Below the pieces are notes generated by a model that saw nothing but the letters and a program-made list of their open reading frames with translations, had not been told where the DNA came from and did not search any database. Shown here one piece after another: positions 13,790 to 24,696 of a stretch of DNA of 64,000 nt (positions within the stretch are counted from its first letter, which is position 1; each line of letters opens with the position of its first letter). The position numbers and the translations under genes were made by a program. Source of the DNA: Enoplolaimus lenunculus. Lineage: Eukaryota. The stretch is from NCBI GenBank assembly GCA_030248215.1, contig JASANG010002574.1, positions 1-64,000 on the forward strand. Reading direction: 5' to 3'.

Positions 13790-14290
13790 CCGTCCAATAT
13801 CATATGATATTGCTTTACCAAGCACGGGCACACAGGTTTATCTAAACATACAAGTGTTTGAATGTCACGTGACACTACAAGACAAATTGGTGAATATCTT
13901 ATGATACTCCAAATTAACAGCATATACGATATGATATTCAGCAAGACGGATTTGAACTATCAATATTATATTAATGAAGTGTAAGTGTATCATATGTATT
14001 CCATTACGCACTTTAAAACGTATCACAAGACAACCCGCCAAAATTTGTATATTCCGGTCAAATGTTGAATTTTCCCGCCGAAAGTTAAATTTCCCGCCAA
14101 AATTTCAGTTTTTCCGCCAAAATTTAAATATCTCGCCATAACATTAGTGTTTATTTTTACGCTGTCTCGTATATCATATGATACTATAAACGGCACATGT
14201 CTGTAGTATCATACTATATTTCGCCATACTCAAACTTAAGTATCTGACTCAGTAGACATTTTTAAAACGATCATATGATATTGACTGACG
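13790..14290. mobile_element. Putative MITE with CATATG-rich ends and internal TTTCCCGCCA repeats
   Basis: Ends CAATATCATATGAT and ATCATATGATATTG are inverted; about five ~20-bp repeats with a (T/C)CCGCC core at 14035-14140. Confidence 0.5.
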
Positions 14291-15155
14291 ATGTAAGGAA
14301 TAACATATGATGTTGAAAGACAAAACATGACCGATACAAGATGTTAGCAGACAATTACTGGTTTTGGATTATCATATTGGGTTACCTCGCAGACAAAACG
14401 TAACACAATTTATAGAACGAGAAAAAAGGTGACCCAGCTGCACCATTCTATATTAACATGAACCCGCATAACTGACTGAAAAGGAAAGAAAAACCATCAG
14501 GAGCTGTTCGAAACTTTTGCCTAGAAATGAACGGTTGTTCTGCGATTTTTCGGACTACAAATAAAATTTTCAACGTGTTTCCACGGCGTACACCATGAAT
14601 CTTTTTAGTGCCCATAAATTTGATCCACTTCCATCAAGCTTATTAAAAATCGACTATTCATCTCATAGTACCATTGTATAATCAGAGGTCAGTACCTCGC
14701 TCCTCCGCATAAAATCGACCTCCAGCTCGGGCTCCGTAGAATTTCAGCCGGAGGTGCCGGCCATTTCGATAGCAGAATTATGCATAGTATTGATAAAGGT
14801 ACTTGTTTGGCGCATTTGACATTGTTTTTTGTACAATTTTGAGGAATAAAATACGTGTAAATACGTAGCTAGTGTGAAAATGTAAGCACTTCAATGCAAC
14901 TTTATGTAGACCACAGTGCTTTTTTTCGACCAACTTTGTCTTAGTTTTCTTACTTGATATGAATTTGAATAAGTTGTGTTCGAAAAACTGTTAGCGTATG
15001 TTGGCGGTGTGCGTATGAATAGTTGCTAAATTCAATCAATCCAAGCTAGTCTTTCACGAAACATTGAACTATTAGTTTAAGTCCACATGAAACATATTTC
15101 TGATATTTGTATTTCAGTTTCGTGAGTTTCAATTAGTTGTGTAAACTTCGTCTTT

Positions 15156-15479
15156 ATGGTTATGGATGATGAAGTTGATACGAGACAATCAATTTGGTTG
15201 CGTTTATATGTTGGTTTAGGTCTTACAATTGTTGGAATAATGTTGTTTCTCATATTTGCTGTCGTTGGCAGTGTTGTTCATCAACATTGGAAAGCTCAAA
15301 CAAAGGTAGTTAACAGATTCTTTTTGGCTGATTTAGTATGCAACGCGAATTAGTTATAGTGCATCAAATCATTGTCAAATGAATGAAATTCCGGATTTGA
15401 TTCATTTTAGTTAGGCTTCAGCTGTGTTTCTCGTGTATCGATTGATTATCTTTTGTTTTGTTTTAAGAAACGCAACTGA
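15156..15479 (+). CDS. Small hydrophobic membrane protein upstream of COQ10 (exons 15156-15305 + 15468-15479, 53 aa; 65 aa if unspliced)
   Basis: ATG 15156 after an ATTTCAG acceptor (15117). Sequence MVMDDEVDTRQSIWLRLYVGLGLTIVGIMLFLIFAVVGSVVHQHWKAQTK|KRN* with a ~25-aa hydrophobic stretch, donor AAG|GTAGTT and T-rich acceptor TTTTAAG. Confidence 0.6.
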
Positions 15480-15500
15480 ATAGCACCAAGGTGTTATATT

Positions 15501-17175
15501 ATGAACGTTATGTTAGCATCTCATGCGTGTGGACAACTTCCTTGCGCCTTAAACCTCGCGGTACCTCCAACAAGAACACTATTTCGGGGTTCCAAAACAA
15601 CAAGATCCGGTGCTTTTGGTAGTGTTCGAAAACAGTACGCAGAACAGCGAATGCTAGGGTCAGTGCGGAGACATGCTTAGTTTTGTTCATTCCTGATTGT
15701 TTGTTGGTCTGCACGTATGCTGACTCATGCAAGTATTGTACATAAATTGCTAAAAGAAAACATGACAGTTTCATATACAAAAACACATATATCGTGGATT
15801 TAATATTCATTTTTCTGTCATATTCATGGTTTTACAATGTTTTACGTACGGTACACTAACTGTGCCTTTGTAGTGTGAATGCAAACACCTGACGTACTAC
15901 CCTAAATATGTTTACGTATGTTAGATGGCACTACGGGAGTAAGATTGTTAATATTGTTTTAGCTATATGACTGTTTTCATTTGTTTCATTTCCAGTTATT
16001 CACCTGAACAAATGTTTCAAATAGTATCCGACATAGACCAGTATCGTCATTTTGTTCCTTGGTGTACAAATTCAACTGTTGTGTTACGTCGACCTGATTT
16101 TGTTCGCTCAAATATTACCGTAGGATTTCCGCCTTTGTCAGAATCTTACGTTGCTAACGTTCAATTGATAAAACCAAATTTAGTTAAGGTAAATGTGGTG
16201 TTTTACCGATGGATGAAGACAGCGTAAATTATAGCAAGAACGTATTGTTGTCTGAAGGTTCAGAGGTGTAATTATCATACAAGTGGGATACCAGTTCATT
16301 TTGTAACTGATTAAAAATTATTTTTCCTCAAGTATACCGCAATAGTGCACTGAAACATACAGTTTCGTATAGTAGCTATAGCTGTGGTTTTGTTATTATA
16401 ATAAGAGTATTCAAATATGATATTACATAATTTTAGCTAATATTAGTCATATTATTCTAGTCAGTCGCAGTTGAAGGCAAGTTGTTCAATGAATTGGTCA
16501 GTATTTGGAATTTTGAACCTGGTCTGCAGGGCAATCTTTTGTCAGCGACTCTAAATTTTTCGGTAATTTTACCATATTAATGCAGAAGAAGTATTCTTTG
16601 AATGCTGAAATATAATAAGTTGATTGGCTAGCACTCGAGGCTTGCTATTACCTCTACGTGACTCGGTTGAGGGCTTGGCTTGAATTCGAGCCTGATATAT
16701 TCGCACGAGTTGCAATAAATGTTCTTAGCTAACTAACATATCCTAAGTTTTAAAATTAATCAGTTTTGCAGTTTCCGGGACAACTCTAATACTTATATTT
16801 ATGTATATTTAGTTAAAAACTTGATAGTCGATATTCATATCTTTGGAATATATTTCTGTATATAATTCTATTTTCAGAAATTCTCAAGGGCTACTGGAGA
16901 TTGTAGGTAGAACTAACATGGAATGATAGTTTAGTGTGCTTTCGGAATCTTAATATTTCATATGTCATTTATTTTTTCGATCTGTTTTACTAAAATAACA
17001 GCGATTTTAGGTTTCGTTTGAATTTCGGTCAAAACTGCATTCTCAGCTGTCGCATTTGTTTTTTGAAGAAGTTGTTCGTATGATGGTAAATGCGTTCATA
17101 AAGCGAGCTGCTTCACTTTACGGGCCGCCTTCAATTGAACACCGACCTGGAAAAATACTCACGTATCGTTCTTGA
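15501..17175 (+). CDS. COQ10: Coenzyme Q-binding protein COQ10 homolog, mitochondrial START-like domain; exons 15501-15658, 15996-16188, 16461-16562, 17011-17175 (205 aa)
   Basis: Phase-consistent GT-AG splicing yields [33 protein letters not shown]...[10 protein letters not shown]...[16 protein letters not shown]...[24 protein letters not shown]...AFIKRA, which matches the COQ10 motifs. The N-terminus is basic and acid-free, like a mitochondrial presequence. Confidence 0.96.
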
Positions 17176-19656
17176 CATTGGTTTGTAACGCCCGAGATGG
17201 CATAGTAGCAGAGGCCAATGTTAATTAAACAGGCCTACCAATTGGGAAACTGGGGGACTTGGAAACTGGCAGGCTTTGGTTTACGCATACGCTTTAGCTT
17301 AGTGGGTGGCCAGGCTGTTATAATAAACAATATAACATGGGTCGAGCCACAAATGAAGCTGATGAGACTTGTAAATATCCTGAATTATATGATTCATGTA
17401 ACAATCGACATCTTATTTCGGTATTTTGGTTTACCTGTCAAATATTTATTGCGGAACAGTAAACATTATTTTGTATTAAACGATTACTATTCATGAGCAT
17501 ATTTAAAATCTTATATCTCGTTGGGGGGTCTTTCTTGTTGCAGAACTCAAGACGTCACTCAATATATAGTTATTGTTGACAGATTTGAATTGCATTGGTC
17601 ATTCTTATTTTGGAAACCTGGTGAGAGCGGCGTTGCAAGCGCAAAATTGTACCTTTGATATTTGGTTAGATTTAAATGAAACATGGTTTCGAAAGTTTCT
17701 GATGTCGTATGGTAGTAGCATTTGAGAATTTTTACTGAAATATAATTCATTTGTGGCGTTAACGCGAGTTTAACAAAGAAATTTCTATATTAGATTGGGT
17801 TAACAAGTGTGCAATTACAAAATTTGCCAGAAGAAAACATTGTGAACGGTGTGGTATTGGCCAAAATTTTCGGTTCATGTATATGTCTTTGTTTTGACAA
17901 ATATTTAGTAACTGCTGGTAAGTGCTACACACATTTGGGAATATGACCATATGGGCATGTTCACGCTGCATATTCATTATAGATTGTATTACTCTAGTCA
18001 TGTATACAGTATGAAGCAATTAGAACGATATTTATATCGATATGGGTGTTTATATCGCTTGCGCATTTTTGTATTTATGTTGAGGCCGAATATGTGTTTA
18101 GTTTTGATATAGTATTTCTGTAATTTGTATAGAATTATTTATTTGATAGGGTTTGGGGTTTGGTCCGCAATATGACTGTTCAAAAAGCAGTTCGTTTGAC
18201 CGCCGGTTTGTATGCGAACGGTTCAACCGGAATTCCTGTTCCGGCCGGAAATCCTGCAAAATTCAATTCCTGTTCCTGCTACTGCATGAAAAGCTGCATG
18301 AATCGGAATTTTTACAGTTTTGTGGCAAAATTCAAAATCATTTAAATACTGCAATGTTTGTGTTTAAGAATTTGTTAAGTCTAAATGAGTGTTTCATCAA
18401 TTAGTTCAGTTTTGTTAATAAACTGTCTCTAATGTGTTTTCGCAAAATTTGATTCTGAAATAGCTGAAAATTTGCTTTAACAATTTTTTGGCAAGTTTTC
18501 TAATAAGTCCAACAGTAATTCGGTGACGAAAATAATTTCAAATTCCGGTTCCCGTTCCTGTTCGCGTTCCTGCAAAAAGATTCAATTCCTGTTCCGGCAA
18601 AATTTAGTTTCTGTTAAACTCTGGCATGCGCTGCACCCCTTCTTGTTCTTGTTCCGGGACAGCTGAACGGTTGTCAGTGTAAATTAGGCGCACGTGTTAA
18701 CACAGTTTGCACTGGTTTGCTCATTGTATACTCTGTGTTGGAAAGGGTGAAATACTGACTTAATTACCCGGTATATATACAGATGCATCATATTGTTTCC
18801 CAGATAAAACGTAAAAGTATACTGTGGTCTTACCTTTTTTAGTTCTGCGACTCAGATGTGTTTTGAAAGTTGTGAATGAAAATATGTCATGTCATACTTC
18901 ATGTATTTTGTAATAAAGCGTGTAGTTTTCAGTCATCGAGTTGAGCGGATCAGGGCACGGTATGTGTCGTAGCTCGCAGTAGTTAGCTCGAGCAGAAACA
19001 GATTATTAATGTGTGAAAATCATTGCTCTATACTGTATTATCATGTATTTATTAACTGAAAATATTTGATTTATCTCGCGTATATTTTCACTTTCCTCAT
19101 GTTTTGTATGAATTTCGTTCCGCACACAGTGCGCGTTAAGATTTTTTTACACTGCGCTTCTGTTAGTAGTGTCAAACTGTTTCCACAGCTGAGAATAAAC
19201 GTGAAATACCGACACTCAACTTCGGTTGCGGCTGTGTTAGTTCCAGTAAAATCCGTTTTTGTGCAATTTCAGGTTAGCGAAATAAAATTTGCATTCCGGG
19301 GTGGGTGCAACACGGAAGTGAACAGTAGTTGTGCCGGAGGTCTATAACATTTGTTGGAGCAGGTGGTGAAGCAATAACAGTTAATAGATAGAATCATGTT
19401 AAGTTCAATTTTATCAAAATATGCCTACCATTTTTGAAAAATTTCATGAATATAAACATCAAAAACAATTGTACATATTTACTACCAGACTACACCGAAC
19501 GATTGACACATCATTTCAATTACGAAAAAATTCGCAACCGAAATTGTGGAGCCTCCAGCCAGCCAAACATTCACCCGAGCCGGAGGTCGATTTTCAGCCG
19601 GACTCATAGTTGTACCTTTACGTCTTGTGTGTTTTTAAACTCTGCATCGCAAAACT

Positions 19657-19839
19657 GGCCCATGTCACTTTTAGCTACGTCCAGGTTTCTGGTGGGTCTA
19701 TAAAAGAGTACCTTTAGATTCTAGATTACATTTTTTGCTTAAGTGGCTTAGGCTTTAGGAACACAGTTTTGCAACGCTTTTAGGCTTAGGCTTAGCAAAC
19801 GCTTGATCTACTGTTACACCTCTTAAAGTAACATTGGCC
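19657..19839 (+). mobile_element. MITE family B
   Basis: GGCCCATGTCACTTTTAG...TTAAAGTAACATTGGCC and the TAGATTCTAGATTACATTTTTTGCTTA core. Confidence 0.87.
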
Positions 19840-20591
19840 GAAAAAACTTGTAAATTTCTGCTTCTAACATCTGTATTCTAGGAAGCTTGTAAAATGCTTG
19901 TTTTATTTGATTAGCAATCACAGTCCTGTCAGTTTTGACCAGTTAAACTCAAGTGCCAGTTTTGTATTTTCGCCATTTCCAAACACGGAATTTGTGTACT
20001 TACCCTAGATCGTAAAATTTGAAAATTTAAACATTTTATAGAATCATGAAAATTATAAATATTTAATTCTTTTACTTTATATACTGTCGAAATCAGGACT
20101 ATTTTTCAGTTAAAATTTTGCAGTACTCGAGCAAGAAATTGCTGACAGAGGAGTCACACACGGTAAAAGCGGCATGATCGAGAAGCTAAATGCAATTTCA
20201 GTCCTAAATTTTAATACAAAATTTTAGTTTGGATCCATCAGTTCACAACCCCTGCGTCACTGCGACATCTTCCTTGGATTTGAAACCGGAATTTTCGGCA
20301 AATACTATAGTTTTTTGAGTATAAAAGAAAATTCTGTGTTAAATATAATTTTATAAATATCGTTAATATTAATATCAAACTTTTATTTACATCACTCAGA
20401 CGGAAACGAACGAACGCTGTGTAGAATTGCATTTAAAGAATTATAATTTTCGCAGTATGCAGTCTGCAGCATGCACCATTGCATGTGCAATACATGTGCA
20501 AATATGAAAATTTGCAGCATGGCGAAGTCTAGGATTTCATTTCGAGAGGGAATACCGTTGAGGACAATAAACCGTAACGGATGGTTAATAC

Positions 20592-20981
20592 GCCAGCAGT
20601 ACCGGATCAGGATAGAATTAACCTCCAATTGTTCAAATTTGTTGTCTGAAACCGTTTTGATGTAGGGATCCCTCGTTGTGATGGCCCCCAAATACGCAAT
20701 GTGTGGGGAGGGGTACCCTGGCTCTGTAAGCCAGTAATAGTGCTTGTATTGACCCTACAGAAATTTTGGTGAAAAATAATATCCTCAAGCCAGCAGTATC
20801 GGATCAGGTTAGAATTAACCCTCAATTGTTCAAATATGTTGTCTAAAACCTTCTTGATGTGGGGACTCATCGTTGAGGTGACCCCTAAATACGACATATG
20901 GGGGTGGATACTGTGGCTCTGTAAGCCAGTAATAGTGCTTGTATTGACCCCACAGAAATTTTGGCGAAAAATCCTATCCTC
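20592..20981. repeat. Two-copy tandem duplication, 197-bp period
   Basis: GCCAGCAGTA(C/T)CGGATCAGG starts at 20592 and 20789, with colinear similarity throughout. Confidence 0.9.
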
Positions 20982-21418
20982 CGTGGTATACACTGACTTT
21001 TATTTTGAAGTGCAATTTCGTTGCAATTGATGCATCAACCATATTTGATACTGCAAGTATATATTTAATTTGCACTGAATGGTACTGACTATGATGTCAG
21101 TAAGCGGTGGCTTTTCAGCTCGTACATTAATATTTACGTCTCCCTACCACGCTGTTTTGGGCAGACATGTGTAGTATGAACGTATTTTGAATTTGCGACA
21201 ATCGAATTATTAATTTCATTTTTCATTTTATTTTAAATTTAAATATTAAGACTATTCATATTTGAATTTAGTAAACTTTATGAATATTGAGTTAAAAGTA
21301 TATAGTTGTATATGGTTGTAGTGCAAATGAAATGATACCAATGGTCGTATGAATGATTGGGTATCGGCTATCATCCACTGTAGCTGGGGTGCAAGGAACG
21401 TACCCTCCTAAATGCGTT

Positions 21419-21580
21419 GGCCAATGCAAAGAGCAGGGGCGGAACAGTATTTACGCATATTCATAAGCCTAGCGTAAGTATGAGTTTATTCCTAAGCCTA
21501 AGCCAAGCAAAAAAATAAGTCTAAAGCATAAGCTATCTCTGTTACAGTCCCACAGAAAAACATTCGGCATTGATTCATCC
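21419..21580 (-). mobile_element. MITE family A, partial
   Basis: GGCCAATGCAAAGAGCAGGGGCGGAACAG end, GCCTAA repeats and family core. Confidence 0.8.
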
Positions 21581-21882
21581 GGATCTTAAAAATTTTAGTG
21601 CATCCGCTAGTTTTTCGCTTGTGAAATATATGCACTCCTGTTTACATATGCGCAGCCAATTATATATTGCAACCTCCTGACCGCCATATATTTACTTGTT
21701 ACAGCACCACTTGGCCTGTTCTAATAAATTGTTTCAGTGTGCGGACGGGTATGGGCAGTGATAGTCTCCATCCTGCTCAGGGTCCCCTGAACAGGCGTCG
21801 GGGCAGGGGGCGGCAGTCCCTCTGAGAATCCAATTAATAAAAAATTTTTACGTGGAGGAGCTGTTCATTGTTGTGGGCGCTA

Positions 21883-22043
21883 CTGTCCCTCTGTCCAACT
21901 GCTTTGCTGTCCGAACTGTCCCAACTGACCCAGCTGTCCCGAATGTCCCAACTGTGCCGCTGTCTGAACTGCCCCGCTGTCCCAACTGTCCCGCTGTTCC
22001 AACTGTACCAACTGTCCCAATTGTCCCAGCTCTCCGAACTGTC
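21883..22043. repeat. ACTGTCCCA-type ~9-bp minisatellite
   Basis: Repeated CTGTCC(C/G)A(A) units; explains the overlapping PTV/GTV ORFs in the track. Confidence 0.88.
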
Positions 22044-24130
22044 AAAATTTATATTTGTTGTATGTACTTCTGGTACATTGCTGTATCCTGGTCTAAACTT
22101 GCTTACTTATCCGTTTTACGTCACCGATATCTGGATCACTATCCGTTTTTGTTATTTTTACTATCCGTTTACATCCTGAGTTTCACAACTTCTCAAAAAA
22201 CTAAATGATTTGCGTATGTAATGCTAAAATGGTTGCTTGCTTCTTACCCACTTCGCTTGGAAGAAATCCTTCGATGTGTTACACCTGTTTTATGGCCCTG
22301 AGCTGGATTAAGAGCTTTGTATATTTGGATTCCTACAGCCCGTATTCTCAAATGTGTGTACCACCTATTACCAGTTGATGATAGGTCGAGTAACATTGCA
22401 ACTGGCGCGTACTGAGTTTCAAAATTCAGCTTATTGTTTGCGTTTGATTTGCCCTAAATCTATACCAATTTTGTGATCTTTAGTTGTAGAATGTCAGTTT
22501 GAAAACCTATCGCTAAAATTGATAATAGGTGTTACACGCATTTGAAAATATGGGATCTAGATATACTCTATGTTGAAAACGTAGTACCTACTAGATTTAA
22601 ACCAAGTAGTGTCTGGCTTCTTGCTCACTTCACTTGCGGAGTTTTTTTCAATTGGCGTTTACTTGGTGGACTATTTTAGCCCTGTCCACTAACATGGCCT
22701 ACACACAAAATAAATTGTCTTGAAATTTCAAAACTCCTACTTTCATAAATGTTTAAGACATAAATATCTTGTATTTTAGACATTAGTAGCCTTAAACAGC
22801 TCAGAAACTCGTTTGTTAAATGGTTAAAACATAATTGTCTTATATTCAAGAAATTGCTAATTCCAATTAATAAGACATAAATTTCTTCCTTTCAAGAAAC
22901 AGTTGTCTTATATTCAAGAGTTTATTTTCTTATTTAAAAAAGCTGCTCCGATTATATTCTTGAAAAAGTATATAAATAATCGAATTTCGAAGATATTTCG
23001 GGTTGAACTCAGGCTCCCCAAACCTAAGTTTACGTCTTGGACGTATCTTAGGTTGTAAAATTAAGGAATTTGGTTGAGCTTAACTCCCAATTTTGAAGGC
23101 GACTTCGCTGGCAAATATAGTTTTTAAGACATATGTGTCCCAAAAATCAGCAAAATAAGCCCTTTAATTTAGACATATTTGTCTTATATTTCAGACATAT
23201 TTGTCTTAATTGTTTATGAAACACTCTTAAATTTAAAGACAATTAAGTGTTAAAAATTGCAGACATACATTTTTGAAAAATTTCAGGAACTAATGTATTA
23301 CGTTCAAGACACATATGTCTGGAGTCTAGATTATGACATAATTGTCTTGAATTTAAGAAAATATTTCTTAAATATCAGAAATTGTTTTTTGTGTGTAGAA
23401 AACATTTATCGGTTGCATCGAGAATTGAAAGGTTGGTTTCAAAGCAACTTCGGGTACTGTTGTTCCATCTTCAATTCTGACCACCAAAGATTCTTGTTTC
23501 TACACTACTAAAGGGTCTTGCACTCAAAATAATATTTGCGATATTTAAAAAATTCTTACACTTAAGAAATATAATTAGCAAGGTGCACTATAAAAGTATT
23601 TCTGCTAATATAACAGAAAAGTTTTCAAAAAAGTTTTGAAATAAAGTCTGAAAATAAACGTTTTCCAGTTATTTATAGAAAAATTGTCTTAAATATCAGA
23701 AAAACTTTTCAGATTTGACGCAGAAAATACTTTTCTGAAAGAATTCTGAAATACCTTTTTGTGCGTGGTTTTGCGGGTTGGTTCGGGACTGGTAAGCATA
23801 GAAACGGCCCTGTGCCTAATATGAAAAAAGGGGTTTCTTTCTTGAATTCGACTGACCGGATATTAGATAGAACCGATACGTGGCAGCTAAATAGGAAGTA
23901 CTTTGTTGTATATGGTTCATTTAGACAAGATCGGCATTGATCTCTAGTCTGAGATTACCAAGATATTTATTAATCCTGCAGAACTCACTCAAAATATTAT
24001 AGTATGAAAGGTAACTTGATGATAACTTTATAAATTCTACAATTTTCTCCTGTGGGCATTTGTGATCGGGATGTGCGCTGCAAGATATATTACTACTTAA
24101 TGTGGTTTTTTCCAGTAAACAATAATGCTA

Positions 24131-24696
24131 CACTGCAAAAATGGTGAGTCAAATTGGCTGTCTCCTAAACAAGCTCTATGCTCGGTAAAAACTGAAACTT
24201 AAATTACAGCTTAACTACACTTGAATATTAGCTTTAGTAAAACTTAAATGGCTGTACGGAGTAACTAAAGTTGAATTTTAAGTTTTACTTAAAATAACAT
24301 GTTTTTAAGTTTAACATGAGTTTAAGTAAACTTATTTTTAGTTTAAGTAACAAGTGCAGCCCAGAAATTACGCGTATCTAAGAGTTCGTTAAGTTTAGCT
24401 TAAACTGAAAATATGTAAAATTTTAAATGAGTCTACGCGTAAAAATACCCGTTAGTTTAGTTAATCTAGAAAGTTAGTTTAATACTGCTGGATTACCTTA
24501 AGCTTAAATCAAGTTAGTTCAAGCTTTTAGAGTGTACGGGACTACACAAACGGACTCAAATTCGATTCCGCGAGTGTCAAACGTACAACTTAGTGGGTCG
24601 AATTTGACTCGGGCGGAGCCGATTTTGACTCAGTTTGTGTAGTCCTGTAGAGCCGATTTCGAAGAGAATCAATTTGACTCACCATTTTTTACAGTG
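24131..24696. mobile_element. TA-flanked CACTG..CAGTG MITE family D with a nested TA-flanked element at 24179-24534
   Basis: TIR CACTGCAAAAATGGTGAGTCAAATTG. The host sequence GCTCTA|CGGGACTAC (intact at 63844) is split with a duplicated TA. Confidence 0.85.

Noticed and set aside
17176..18930. SECIS element for the in-frame TGA upstream of COQ10
   Set aside because: ATGA..AAA..GA candidates near 17352 and 18876 lack a pairing helix by eye. A SECISearch run would be the formal test.
21848..22208. Overlapping PTV/GTV-repeat ORFs
   Set aside because: They derive from a ~9-bp minisatellite.
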